Positions 53,938-64,000 of a stretch of DNA of 64,000 nucleotides are shown piece by piece. Made by a program: the position numbers and the translations under genes. This stretch comes from Octopus vulgaris. Its lineage: Eukaryota. The notes under the pieces are model-generated. The model was not told the origin of the DNA and made no database searches. It was given only the letters and a program-made list of their open reading frames with translations. Positions within the stretch are counted from its first letter, which is position 1, and every line of letters starts with the position of its first letter. The stretch lies in the NCBI GenBank assembly GCA_951406725.2, contig OX597818.1, positions 2,790,001-2,854,000 on the forward strand. The letters run 5' to 3'.

Positions 53938-54259
53938 TTACTATTTTCAGCTTCGCCTTGTATTGCATATTATTTCTCCATACAGGGGTTTTTTTCAATG
54001 GCGGCCCATTTTCGCGGGGTTCCACTATTTCCCTTCTCTCTCTCCCTCTTTTACGTTGTCTGCCATCCCCCCTCTTCCTTTGCTAAGAGCATTTTTAAGC
54101 CAGCCCGTCATATTCCCGTGTCAGGCAGAAGAACGAAATGTTCCCAAGATAAGAGAGTCTTTCTAATCTAATGTTGTGGTTGAGCTGTTTATTATTTATT
54201 ATTATTACTATTATTAGTAGTATTAGTATTGTCCCTTTGATCCTCGGTCGAAAATTTGC

Positions 54260-54295
<36 letters not shown>

Positions 54296-54617
54296 TTACT
54301 ATTTTCAGCTTCGCCTTGTATTGCATATTATTTCTCCATACAGGGGTTTTTTTTCAATGGCGGCCCATTTTCGCGGGGTTCCACTATTTCCCTTCTCTCT
54401 CTCCCTCTTTTACGTTGTCTGCCATCCCCCTCTTCCTTTGCTAAGAGCATTTTTAAGCCAGCCCGTCATATTCCCGTGTCAGGCAGAAGAACGAAATGTT
54501 CCCAAGATAAGAGAGTCTTTCTAATCTAATGTTGTGGTTGAGCTGTTTATTATTTATTATTATTACTATTATTAGTAGTATTAGTATTGTCCCTTTGATC
54601 CTCGGTCGAAAATTTGC

Positions 54618-54653
<36 letters not shown>

Positions 54654-54976
54654 TTACTATTTTCAGCTTCGCCTTGTATTGCATATTATTTCTCCATACA
54701 GGGTTTTTTTTTTCAATGGCGGCCCATTTTCGCGGGGTTCCACTATTTCCCTTCTCTCTCTCCCTCTTTTACGTTGTCTGCCATCCCCCTCTTCCTTTGC
54801 TAAGAGCATTTTTAAGCCAGCCCGTCATATTCCCGTGTCAGGCAGAAGAACGAAATGTTCCCAAGATAAGAGAGTCTTTCTAATCTAATGTTGTGGTTGA
54901 GCTGTTTATTATTTATTATTATTACTATTATTAGTAGTATTAGTATTGTCCCTTTGATCCTCGGTCGAAAATTTGC

Positions 54977-55012
<36 letters not shown>

Positions 55013-55334
55013 TTACTATTTTCAGCTTCGCCTTGTATTGCATATTATTTCTCCATACAGGGGTTTTTTTCAATGGCGGCCCATTTTCGCGGGGTTCCAC
55101 TATTTCCCTTCTCTCTCTCCCTCTTTTACGTTGTCTGCCATCCCCCCTCTTCCTTTGCTAAGAGCATTTTTAAGCCAGCCCGTCATATTCCCGTGTCAGG
55201 CAGAAGAACGAAATGTTCCCAAGATAAGAGAGTCTTTCTAATCTAATGTTGTGGTTGAGCTGTTTATTATTTATTATTATTACTATTATTAGTAGTATTA
55301 GTATTGTCCCTTTGATCCTCGGTCGAAAATTTGC

Positions 55335-55370
<36 letters not shown>

Positions 55371-55692
55371 TTACTATTTTCAGCTTCGCCTTGTATTGCA
55401 TATTATTTCTCCATACAGGGGTTTTTTTCAATGGCGGCCCATTTTCGCGGGGTTCCACTATTTCCCTTCTCTCTCTCCCTCTTTTACGTTGTCTGCCATC
55501 CCCCCTCTTCCTTTGCTAAGAGCATTTTTAAGCCAGCCCGTCATATTCCCGTGTCAGGCAGAAGAACGAAATGTTCCCAAGATAAGAGAGTCTTTCTAAT
55601 CTAATGTTGTGGTTGAGCTGTTTATTATTTATTATTATTACTATTATTAGTAGTATTAGTATTGTCCCTTTGATCCTCGGTCGAAAATTTGC

Positions 55693-55728
<36 letters not shown>

Positions 55729-56050
55729 TTACTATTTTCAGCTTCGCCTTGTATTGCATATTATTTCTCCATACAGGGGTTTTTTTTCAATGGCGGCCCA
55801 TTTTCGCGGGGTTCCACTATTTCCCTTCTCTCTCTCCCTCTTTTACGTTGTCTGCCATCCCCCTCTTCCTTTGCTAAGAGCATTTTTAAGCCAGCCCGTC
55901 ATATTCCCGTGTCAGGCAGAAGAACGAAATGTTCCCAAGATAAGAGAGTCTTTCTAATCTAATGTTGTGGTTGAGCTGTTTATTATTTATTATTATTACT
56001 ATTATTAGTAGTATTAGTATTGTCCCTTTGATCCTCGGTCGAAAATTTGC

Positions 56051-56086
<36 letters not shown>

Positions 56087-56407
56087 TTACTATTTTCAGC
56101 TTCGCCTTGTATTGCATATTATTTCTCCATACAGGGGTTTTTTTCAATGGCGGCCCATTTTCGCGGGGTTCCACTATTTCCCTTCTCTCTCTCCCTCTTT
56201 TACGTTGTCTGCCATCCCCCTCTTCCTTTGCTAAGAGCATTTTTAAGCCAGCCCGTCATATTCCCGTGTCAGGCAGAAGAACGAAATGTTCCCAAGATAA
56301 GAGAGTCTTTCTAATCTAATGTTGTGGTTGAGCTGTTTATTATTTATTATTATTACTATTATTAGTAGTATTAGTATTGTCCCTTTGATCCTCGGTCGAA
56401 AATTTGC

Positions 56408-56443
<36 letters not shown>

Positions 56444-56623
56444 TTACTATTTTCAGCTTCGCCTTGTATTGCATATTATTTCTCCATACAGGGGTTTTTT
56501 TCAATGGCGGCCCATTTTCGCGGGGTTCCACTATTTCCCTTCTCTCTCTCCCTCTTTTACGTTGTCTGCCATCCCCCCTCTTCCTTTGCTAAGAGCATTT
56601 TTAAGCCAGCCCGTCATATTCCC
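53324..56623. repeat. Near-perfect tandem array, 9.2 x 357-359 bp
   Basis: Marker CGTCATATTCCC recurs at 53391, 53748, 54106, 54464, 54823, 55181, 55539, 55897, 56254 and 56612. Units differ only in homopolymer length. Confidence 0.97.
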
Positions 56624-57112
56624 GGTGCACCCGCCCTTGCCCACCCCCACCACCAATACCGGATATCTCTATATTTTTGCTCCATCTATACCGGATGTCG
56701 CTTCTCCCACCACCATTATAGGTGTCTACTCTTCGAACCCCCTCTTCAATACGCTATTTCAACATGCATTACCCCTCTCTTGATATCCTACGTTCTACTT
56801 GCCTAGAACCTGTCATCATTTCTCTGAACCACCCCTCCCCACTGGTGCTCCCCTATATTCCCCCCCCCACATAAAAAGCACCATCCGAACGTGGCCGATG
56901 CCAGACCCCTCTGGCACCTGTGCAGGTGGCACGTAAAAAACACCCACTACACTCGCGGAGTGGTTGGCGTTAGGAAGGGCATCCAGCTGTAGAAACACTG
57001 CCAGACTAGACTGGAGCCTGGGGCAGTCCCGAGCTCCCCAGACCCCGGTCGAAACCGTCCAACCCGTGCTAGCGCGGAAAACGGACGTTAAACGATGATG
57101 ATGATGATGATG
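56622..57112 (+). mobile_element. Non-autonomous RTE-tailed element (C-rich body, RTE 3' UTR, (GAT)n)
   Basis: Closely similar copy at 62112-62610. The last ~240 bp match the RTE 3' end at ~14900-15150. Confidence 0.85.
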
Positions 57113-57648
57113 AGTCTAGTTTGAATACTTTGAGATGAAATTCTGGTAATAAAGAAATCTTGAATGTACTCATCTCTGTAAGTTTTGGCAGAAACACTCG
57201 TAAAATCGCAATCCAGACTAAGCTTTTGAAGAGAACACACATATTCATCTATAGATTCACTAGGTGTTTTCATGTAAACAGTTTACGTCAGGTGTCAACA
57301 GAAAACAGAATTGACTGGCTTAATAAAGGCATCCTTCAAATCAACTAAAGCAGAATCAAATGTGATACATTCTGAAATAATTTCAAAGTTTTCTGAAGAA
57401 ATTGAATTCACCTAAAGTCCGAGGTATGTATTGTAGGTTCCAGAAGTAACGGTACCTTTATATCGAGAGAAGAGGAACAACCAGAGCTTGAATGTTCTAG
57501 CAGCTTCTAGAGCACTAGGAAGAACTTCCAATCTTTCGGGACATAAGCCCTGCTCTGTATTTTAAGTAAATAAAATTAAAGTATACTGACAGTTCCAAAA
57601 AGAAAGCAGCGAACTTAGGTTTTTACTTGCTTACAATTCGACCACCTC

Positions 57649-59269
57649 AATTTCTTTATTGCCTACAAGGGGCTAACACAAAGGGACAAAAAAATGGATG
57701 GAAAGGATGAATTAGATAAAAAATGATAAATGAAATGAAGCTGTTCGGCCCCACCTCCAAGCAACTTCATTTAGCCTGTTAATACAACCTTTAAAACATT
57801 TGTAACAGTTAACTTTCATCTCACTGAAAAATGTCTATGCTAAAATCCTTTAAAAGTTCAAAATGGCTTACCCATTCTGGTATTTTGCTGGTGTCAATTT
57901 TCTTGACCCAGCACTCAAAGTCTTCCTCATCATCATTTACTCTCAGAAAATACTCTGAGTCTGCCACCACACAATGATAGTGCCAGGGTAATCCAGTAAC
58001 TCCTGTTGTATTCACTTTTATCGTTTTGTTCCATGAGTCTATCTCAATATAAAGTTTATCATTTTGTCCATTGTACAATATAACATATTTTTCTCACAGG
58101 GCACTGGTGGGGAAGTTTGGGGCTCCTGTGTGCTTGTGCTTGTCTTTGTGTCAGGTGGAACATGGAGAGGGTTGGTCTTTGTAGGAGGAGGTTGGGGCAG
58201 AGTGGGTATGGGTGGGAGTCGGGTGGGTATGGGATGGGGGTCAACATTTACAAAGAGTGCTTTTTTCCTCCTTCTTTTTTTGCCAGCCATTTCCCATCTG
58301 TTCCTTTCCTTGGCACTGGTACTGGTTTTCATCAGCAGTGAAGGCTCAGTTTCCTTCCTGCTCTCAGGCTTCTTTTTAGTCTTCACCGATAGCATCGCAC
58401 AATCCTACCCTCCACTCTGACTCTGAGTGTCACTTCTTTGACTGTGATGATCTTGACCATGTTTTCAAGGTCTTCCAGAGCCACCTGGATTATCATATCT
58501 CGGTTCTGCCCTTACCAGTTCTTATGGGGCATTCTGGTGGCCTGGAGGACCACTACCTTCTCTTCTGTGCCCATGAGTATGGCAGCTACTAGCCAGGTTA
58601 TATCAATTTCTGGGGGTATATCCTCTACCCTAGCCCTGGAAGCATACCTCTCAAAGTATATGGGTAGAAGCACCACTTCATCCATTTTTAAGAGTGTTGC
58701 CAAGTGCAGCCTGGTAGTATCTACCTCCTGGAACCACACCTCCACTGTTCCAAACTTTCTTCCTCTGGCAAGGTAAAAAATCCCTTGCTAGATTGATTTT
58801 AATGCCTTTTCGACTTGAGCGGTTGACATGACTTCAATTTTCCTTGTTGTTATTGAATATGTCCTGTAAATAATAATCCTTTCCTTTGTCTCCTTTAAAA
58901 CTTCTTTGGGAAGGGACACCTTTACATTGTTCCCCTCCCTACGAAGCATGTTCTTGAATTTACTAAGATCAATTTCCTTACTGTGGCTTTTGGCCACTGC
59001 TACAAACTTCATATTCTTTTTCTCTCTTTGTTTGTCATTTGTGTCATCTGACCTTAGTAATACCTCCTTGGAAGACGTAAGCTCTGAGGAGCTGAGGTTT
59101 TCATAGTTCATTTTTAAACACCAGTGCTACCCCCTTTGAACAAGGGGAAAACAGTCAATAAAACTGCTGTAAAGCAGCAAAACAAAGTCTTTATAATACA
59201 TGAAACAATTAAACAGTGTTGTAACAACAAATTGCGACTTACTGACAGATGATTTCAACTGTCATTTTG
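57649..59269 (-). mobile_element. Second ORF1-only Tx1-like (HAL1-like) family with ~17-bp TSD
   Basis: TSD TACAATTCGACCACCTC (57632-57648) and TACAATTTGACCATCTC (59270-59286). ORF1-like frames 59111 to 57821 (VSLPKEVLKETKERIIIYRTYS resembles IVAPKEWLKNYDERMVVSRTYC). 3' end GTGTTAGCCCCTTGTAGGCAATAAAGAAA resembles the Tx1 3' end. Confidence 0.75.
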
Positions 59270-59787
59270 TACAATTTGACCATCTCTTGAAAACAATATA
59301 CACTCTTTGATTTATACTTATTCAGTAGGATACAAATACACACTATTAATATCCAGCACAAGTCCACATACTCAAACAAAGGAAGAGTCTACATATTTAA
59401 ACAAATGAACCAATATATTCACCTGATTAATGCACTCATTTTTACTTTCCATTTAATATTCTAATAACAATTTATTATAATTTAAAGGCACAAAGTCAGA
59501 TGAAACAGGTTCAAATTCTATAGCTGTTTTAGCTAATCAAACGGTTGTATTTAAGCCTTTCTACAATCTACATAACTACTTAAATTCACAACACCTAGGC
59601 AATGATCAAGTAGAAAAAGGATGGGTGATAAAATAATTGGATGGTCTTTTGGTACCAAAAAGTGAAGGAAGAGAGACAAACAGAGTGGTGTAGAGGAGGT
59701 TGAGGGAAGAGAGGTAGGAAGAAAAAGGGCATGTAAAGAAAGAGAAGAATAAAGATATGCAGTAGGTAGTTGACAGAGATGGACAAA

Positions 59788-60260
59788 TCATCATCATCAT
59801 TGTTCGACCGTGGTCGAGACAATGGAATTTACCATGCTACGCCAGACTTCACGGTCCATCATGGCGTTACGGAGGTCCTGTTGCTGGATGCCTGTATCCC
59901 TGGAGATTAAATCAGGGTAGGAGAGCGTGCGCCTCCTGGTGTTGCGAGTAGATGGCTTCCAGAGGAGAAGAATAGAAATTACCTCTTTTTCAGCTCTACA
60001 ACAATGTCCAGCAAACTGGACTCTCCTACCTTTCACAAGAGATGACACAGGTGGTAGTTTCCCCATATATTTGCATTTTGGTTGGATGGCGCTTCCACGA
60101 GAGATTTTGAGCTCTCATAAGGAGGCGAGTGTAGGTTCCATCCAACCGCCTCTCAAGCTTCTTTGATAACGTCCAGGTTTCTGAGCCATATAGTAAAATT
60201 GGTTCGACTGTGGCTTTGAAGATTTCAAGTTTGAAGTCTCTACTTAGATTTGATGGACAA
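59788..60260 (-). mobile_element. RTE/RTE-X-like LINE 3' fragment
   Basis: FKATVEPILLYGSETWTL...RRVQFAGHC...AMMDREVWR, with a (TGA)n tail. Confidence 0.8.
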
Positions 60261-61073
60261 AGGAAGAAATCGAAGGTAGAAACTGAGATAAGTAGAGAGA
60301 GAGGCAGATAGAAATAGATAGGGAAGGTTTTGTGCACAAGAGGGGAGAGGAAAAGGATATAGAAATGGATAGAAAAGAGAGAAAGTCTTACACCAAATAT
60401 TGAACATTGTGAGAACAGAAGTGGATGTGTGACACTATATTTTCTCATAGCCTTAAAATGTTGCACAGAAGGTCGACATCATACACATACACACACAGAT
60501 TTAAAAAATGCACTGAAGGACAACAAAGAAGCAATTGGAAAAATCACATACAAGTGGTGGTGGTGGCAGTGGCAGCATAATATGTGTGCTTTGGTGTTGG
60601 CTGGTGCTGCTTATACAAATTGAGTGTCTTGTCCTAGGTAAATGAGTGAAATTGCAATTACTGCATATGCATAGTCACTTGCATTGAGAAAACTGGCATA
60701 TTTTGGGATTCATGTGTTCATAGATTTTACTTTATTTACAGTTGACAGATTCATCATGGAGCTGTGAGGTACATATTCAGATTGAGTTGGAAAGTGTGTG
60801 TGTGGGGGGAGGCGTGATTCCTCACTAATTAAAGTAATAGTAGTGGTTATGGTTGTAGCATGGTAATGATTATGATGGGTCAGTTGTAATATTCAGAGAA
60901 AATTAAGAATGTGGATAGCTGGACAGTGAATGGCTTTTCATTGTGGAGTTTTAGATCAACAATGGTGCTAGTTTTGAGGAGTGGCTGCTGGTCATGTTGT
61001 TGCTGCTGCAGATATATACATATCTGCAAGGATATTTTAATCCCATTTTTTTCTTTTATATATATATATATAT

Positions 61074-61598
61074 ATTAATAGTTATCGCCATACTAATATG
61101 GCAGTCTATAAATAAGACCAAAGCTGTCGCTGATTAGCTCCAAGAGGCCATCGCCTCTAGCTAGCTATATGACACACGAACCTGCGTCCATTACAACCTT
61201 CGAACAGAGAGACTTAGTAATTTTAATATTTCTATTATTGAAAACAAGTGGATGTATTCCACTGTAACTAGGTAAATAAAATCTTCGAACAGACGGTCAG
61301 TAGCGACACCTGCTGGTTCTGACTACACTGCATTGATAAAGGGCAACAACCCTGAAACATGTCTGCAGATGTCTGACTAGCAAGGTGAAGCGGCTGACCT
61401 CCCCTGTTCGAAGTTTGTAATGGACGCAGGTTCGTGTGTCATATAGCTAGCTAGAGGCGATGGCCTCTTGGAGCTAATCAGCGACAGCTTTAGTCTTATT
61501 TATAGACTGCCATATTAGTATGGCGATAACAATTAATATCCAGTAATGCTGCCGTAATCTCCTTTAGAGAGACTTAGTAATATTAATATTTCTATTAT
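61074..61598. mobile_element. Penelope pLTR-like fragment with 135-bp inverted repeats
   Basis: 61074-61208 is inverted at 61404-61538. A 33-bp direct repeat lies at 61206 and 61566. The fragment follows (TA)n and has a hammerhead motif in the spacer. Confidence 0.6.
61328..61368 (+). ncRNA. Minimal type I hammerhead motif with mutated core
   Basis: CUGCA-UUGAUAA-AGGG caacaa CCCU-GAAACAUGUC^-UGCAG. Palindromic stem III ACAUGU. The core differs from CUGAnGA at two positions. Confidence 0.65.
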
Positions 61599-62104
61599 AA
61601 GGCAACCCACAACATGTGCTCTCTCTCTCTCTCTCATTCATCTACCTCATCTACCAGCTATATAATCCCGTGCACAGATAAGTTTGAATGCCTATTTTCA
61701 CTCCTAGACTGATCATACATGTTTCTCTATCTATCTAACTATTTTATCTGATTTCTATCTATTTTGTCTGATTTGTTCATTTCTCCTCTCGTTATATGAT
61801 CGACCTTCGATTCGCCATCTTGAAACCTTTTTCCTTTAATACACTTCCGCCTTCTCCAAAAATCCTTCTTCCGGACAACTTTTTACTTAGAAGGCAACCC
61901 ACAACATGTGCTCTCTCTCTCTCTCTCTCATTCATCTACCTCATCTACCAGCTATATAATCCCGTGCACAGATAAGTTTGAATGCCTATTTTCACTCCTA
62001 GACTGATCATACATGTTTCTCTCTCTATCTAACTATTTTATCTGATTTCTATCTATTTTGTCTGATTTGTTCATTTTCTCCTCTCGTTATATGATCGACC
62101 TTCG
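61599..62104. repeat. Tandem duplication, 1.7 x 292 bp
   Basis: AAGGCAACCCACAACATGTG at 61599 and 61891. The second copy ends at GATCGACCTTCG, 62104. Confidence 0.9.
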
Positions 62105-62111
62105 TGTATCG

Positions 62112-62610
62112 CGGTGACCCGCCCTGCCCACCCCCACCACCAATACCGGATATTTCTATTTTTCTCCATCTATACCGGATGTCGCTTCTCCCACCACCAT
62201 TATAGGTGTCTTCTCTTCGAACCCCCCTCTTCAATACGCTATTTTACCATGCATTACCCCTCTCTTGATATCCTACCTTCTACTTGCCTACAACCTGTCA
62301 TCATTTCTCTGAACCACCCCTCCCCACTGGTGCTCCCCTATATTCCTGCACCCCCACCCACATAAAAAGCACCATCCGAACGTGGCCGATGCCAGACCCC
62401 TCTGGCACCTGTGCAGGTGGCACGTAAAAAGCACCCACTACACTCGCGGAGTGGTTGGCGTTAGGAAGGACATCCAGCTGTAGAAACACTGCCAGACCAG
62501 ACTGGAGCCTGGGGCAGTCCCTAGCTCCCCAGACCCCGGTCGAAACCGTCCAACCCGTGCTAGCGCGGAAAACGGACGTTAAACGATGATGATGATGATG
62601 ATGATGATGA
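62112..62610 (+). mobile_element. Second copy of the non-autonomous RTE-tailed element
   Basis: Collinear with 56622-57112 from CGGTG(C)ACCCGCCC to the (GAT)n tail. Confidence 0.85.
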
Positions 62611-62636
62611 TATAAGAAAAATGGGATATATATATA

Positions 62637-64000
62637 TCATCATCATCATCATCATCATCGTTTAACGTTCGCTTTCCATGCTAGCATGGGTTGGACGATT
62701 TTGACTGAGGGCTGGCGAACCAGATGGTTGCACCATCTCCAATCTTGATTTGGCCGAGTTTCTACAGCTGGATGCCCTTCCTAACGCCAACCACTCCGAG
62801 AGTGTAGTGGGTGCTTTTTACGTGCCACTGGCACGGGGGCCAGTCAGGCGTTACTGTTGTCCTTCAGTATCGCTCGAATCCTTTTACACATGCCACCAGC
62901 ACAGGTGCCAGTAAGGCAACTTTGGTAACGATCACGCTCAAATGGTGCCCTTTTACGTGTCACTGGCACAGAAGCCAGTTGGCTGCTCTGGCAACGATCA
63001 CACTGGGATGGTGCTCTTGGCACCCTACTAGCACGGGCACAAGTGCCAGTAAGGCGCCGCTGGTAACGATCACACTCGAATGGTGCCCTTTAAATGCCAC
63101 TGGCACAGAAGCTGGTTAGCCGCTCTGTCAATGATCATGCTCGTATGGTGCCCTTTAAATGCCACTGGCACAGAAGCTGGTTAGCCGCTCTGTCAATGAT
63201 CATGCTCGTATGGTGCCCTTTAAATGCCACTGGCACAGAAGCTGGTTAGCCGCTCTGTCAATGATCACACACGTATGGTGCTTTTTGCACCCTGCCAGCA
63301 CGGACGCCAGTCATCGAATTTGATTTTGATTTTGCTTTTGATTGATTTGATTTGATTTCACTTGCCTCGGCAGGTCTTCGCAAGCAGAGTTTTAGTGACC
63401 AAAGAAGGAAAAGGTTATGTACAAGTGGGCTGGTTATGCCCCTGGCATAGGCCAAGAGATTATGGTTTCATTTGGCTTGCCGGGTCTTCTCATGTACGGC
63501 ATATTTCCAAAGGTCTCGGTCACTAGTAATTTCCTTGGTGAGGCCTAAAGTTTGAAGGTCGTGCTTCACCACTTCATCCCAGGTCTTCCTAGGTCTACCT
63601 CTTCCACAGGCTCCTTCAACCACTAGGGTGTGGCACTTTTTCACATAGCTATCCTCATCCATTCTTGCCACATGACCATACTAGTGCAGTCGTCTCTCTT
63701 GCACACCACATCTGATGCTTCTTAGGTTCAACTTTTCTCTCAAGGTACTTACACTCTGTCAAGTATGCACACTGACATTACACATTCATCGGATCATACT
63801 GGCTACATTCCTTATGAGCTTATGCATGTCTTCAGCAGTCACAGCCCATGTTTCACTGCCATGTAGCATGGCTGTTCATACACAAGCATCATACAGTCTA
63901 CCTTTTACTCTGAGCGAGAGGCCCTTTGTTGCCAGCAGAGGCTAGAGCTCTCTGAACTTTGCCCAAGCTATTCTTATTCTAGCAGCTACACTTTCAGTGC
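62637..64000 (-). mobile_element. RTE LINE 3' end with ~53-bp tandem repeats in the 3' UTR
   Basis: MDEDSYVKKC...RGRPRKTWDEVVKHDL. (CAT)n tail lies tail-to-tail with the element at 62112-62610. Repeats TGGTGCCCTTTAAATGCCACTGGCACAGAAGC at ~63080-63260. Confidence 0.88.

Larger units (their letters stand above)
52625..57648 (-). mobile_element. Gypsy-like LTR retrotransposon gag-protease remnant, interrupted at 53323-57110
   Basis: Gag LCPERLEVLPSALEAARTFKLW...ESIDEYVCSLQKLSLDCDF...SIQTRL resumes as ENKSLTL. CCHC-type knuckle CRKCKKIGHFSKVC. Aspartic protease ALLDTGSSENF (ORF 52635-53012). Confidence 0.85.

Noticed and set aside
53477-56806. Repeated small ORFs and a CRISPR-like periodic appearance
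   Set aside because: Units are identical with no unique spacers, there are no cas genes, and the context is eukaryotic. The ORFs change with homopolymer slips.

Overview
This is AT-rich eukaryotic DNA dense in repeats. The tRNA-derived SINEs, (CAT)n-tailed RTE LINEs and long microsatellites look like a coleoid cephalopod, probably Octopus (inferred from repeat content, not tested). The only host gene I can identify confidently is the terminal exon of UMP synthase (UMPS, OMP decarboxylase C-terminus, 7362-7549, +). The rest is mostly decayed transposons: RTE, CR1, Tx1/L1, Hero-like and R4/Dong-like LINEs, a Gypsy LTR element, hAT, mariner and Chapaev-like DNA transposons, SINEs and satellites. 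Most interesting observations: (1) Two ORF1-only Tx1-type retroelements (half-L1-like) flanked by target-site duplications (TSDs), plus a 5' fragment; one family appears to target a fixed 15-mer in the tRNA head of a SINE. (2) A non-autonomous RTE-tailed element whose two copies are each preceded by a different near-perfect tandem array (9.2 x 358 bp; 1.7 x 292 bp); one array+element block splits a Gypsy gag ORF almost exactly. (3) Two type I hammerhead ribozyme motifs in Penelope/retrozyme-like repeats, one with an intact core in the UMPS last intron. (4) A higher-order (CATA/CCTA)n array that is a LINE landing pad and has copied part of itself into an RT ORF. (5) Several long hairpins and palindromes, including a 90-nt pre-miRNA-like stem-loop and a palindrome whose spacer occurs in both orientations. 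All calls were read by eye; no database search or folding was run.
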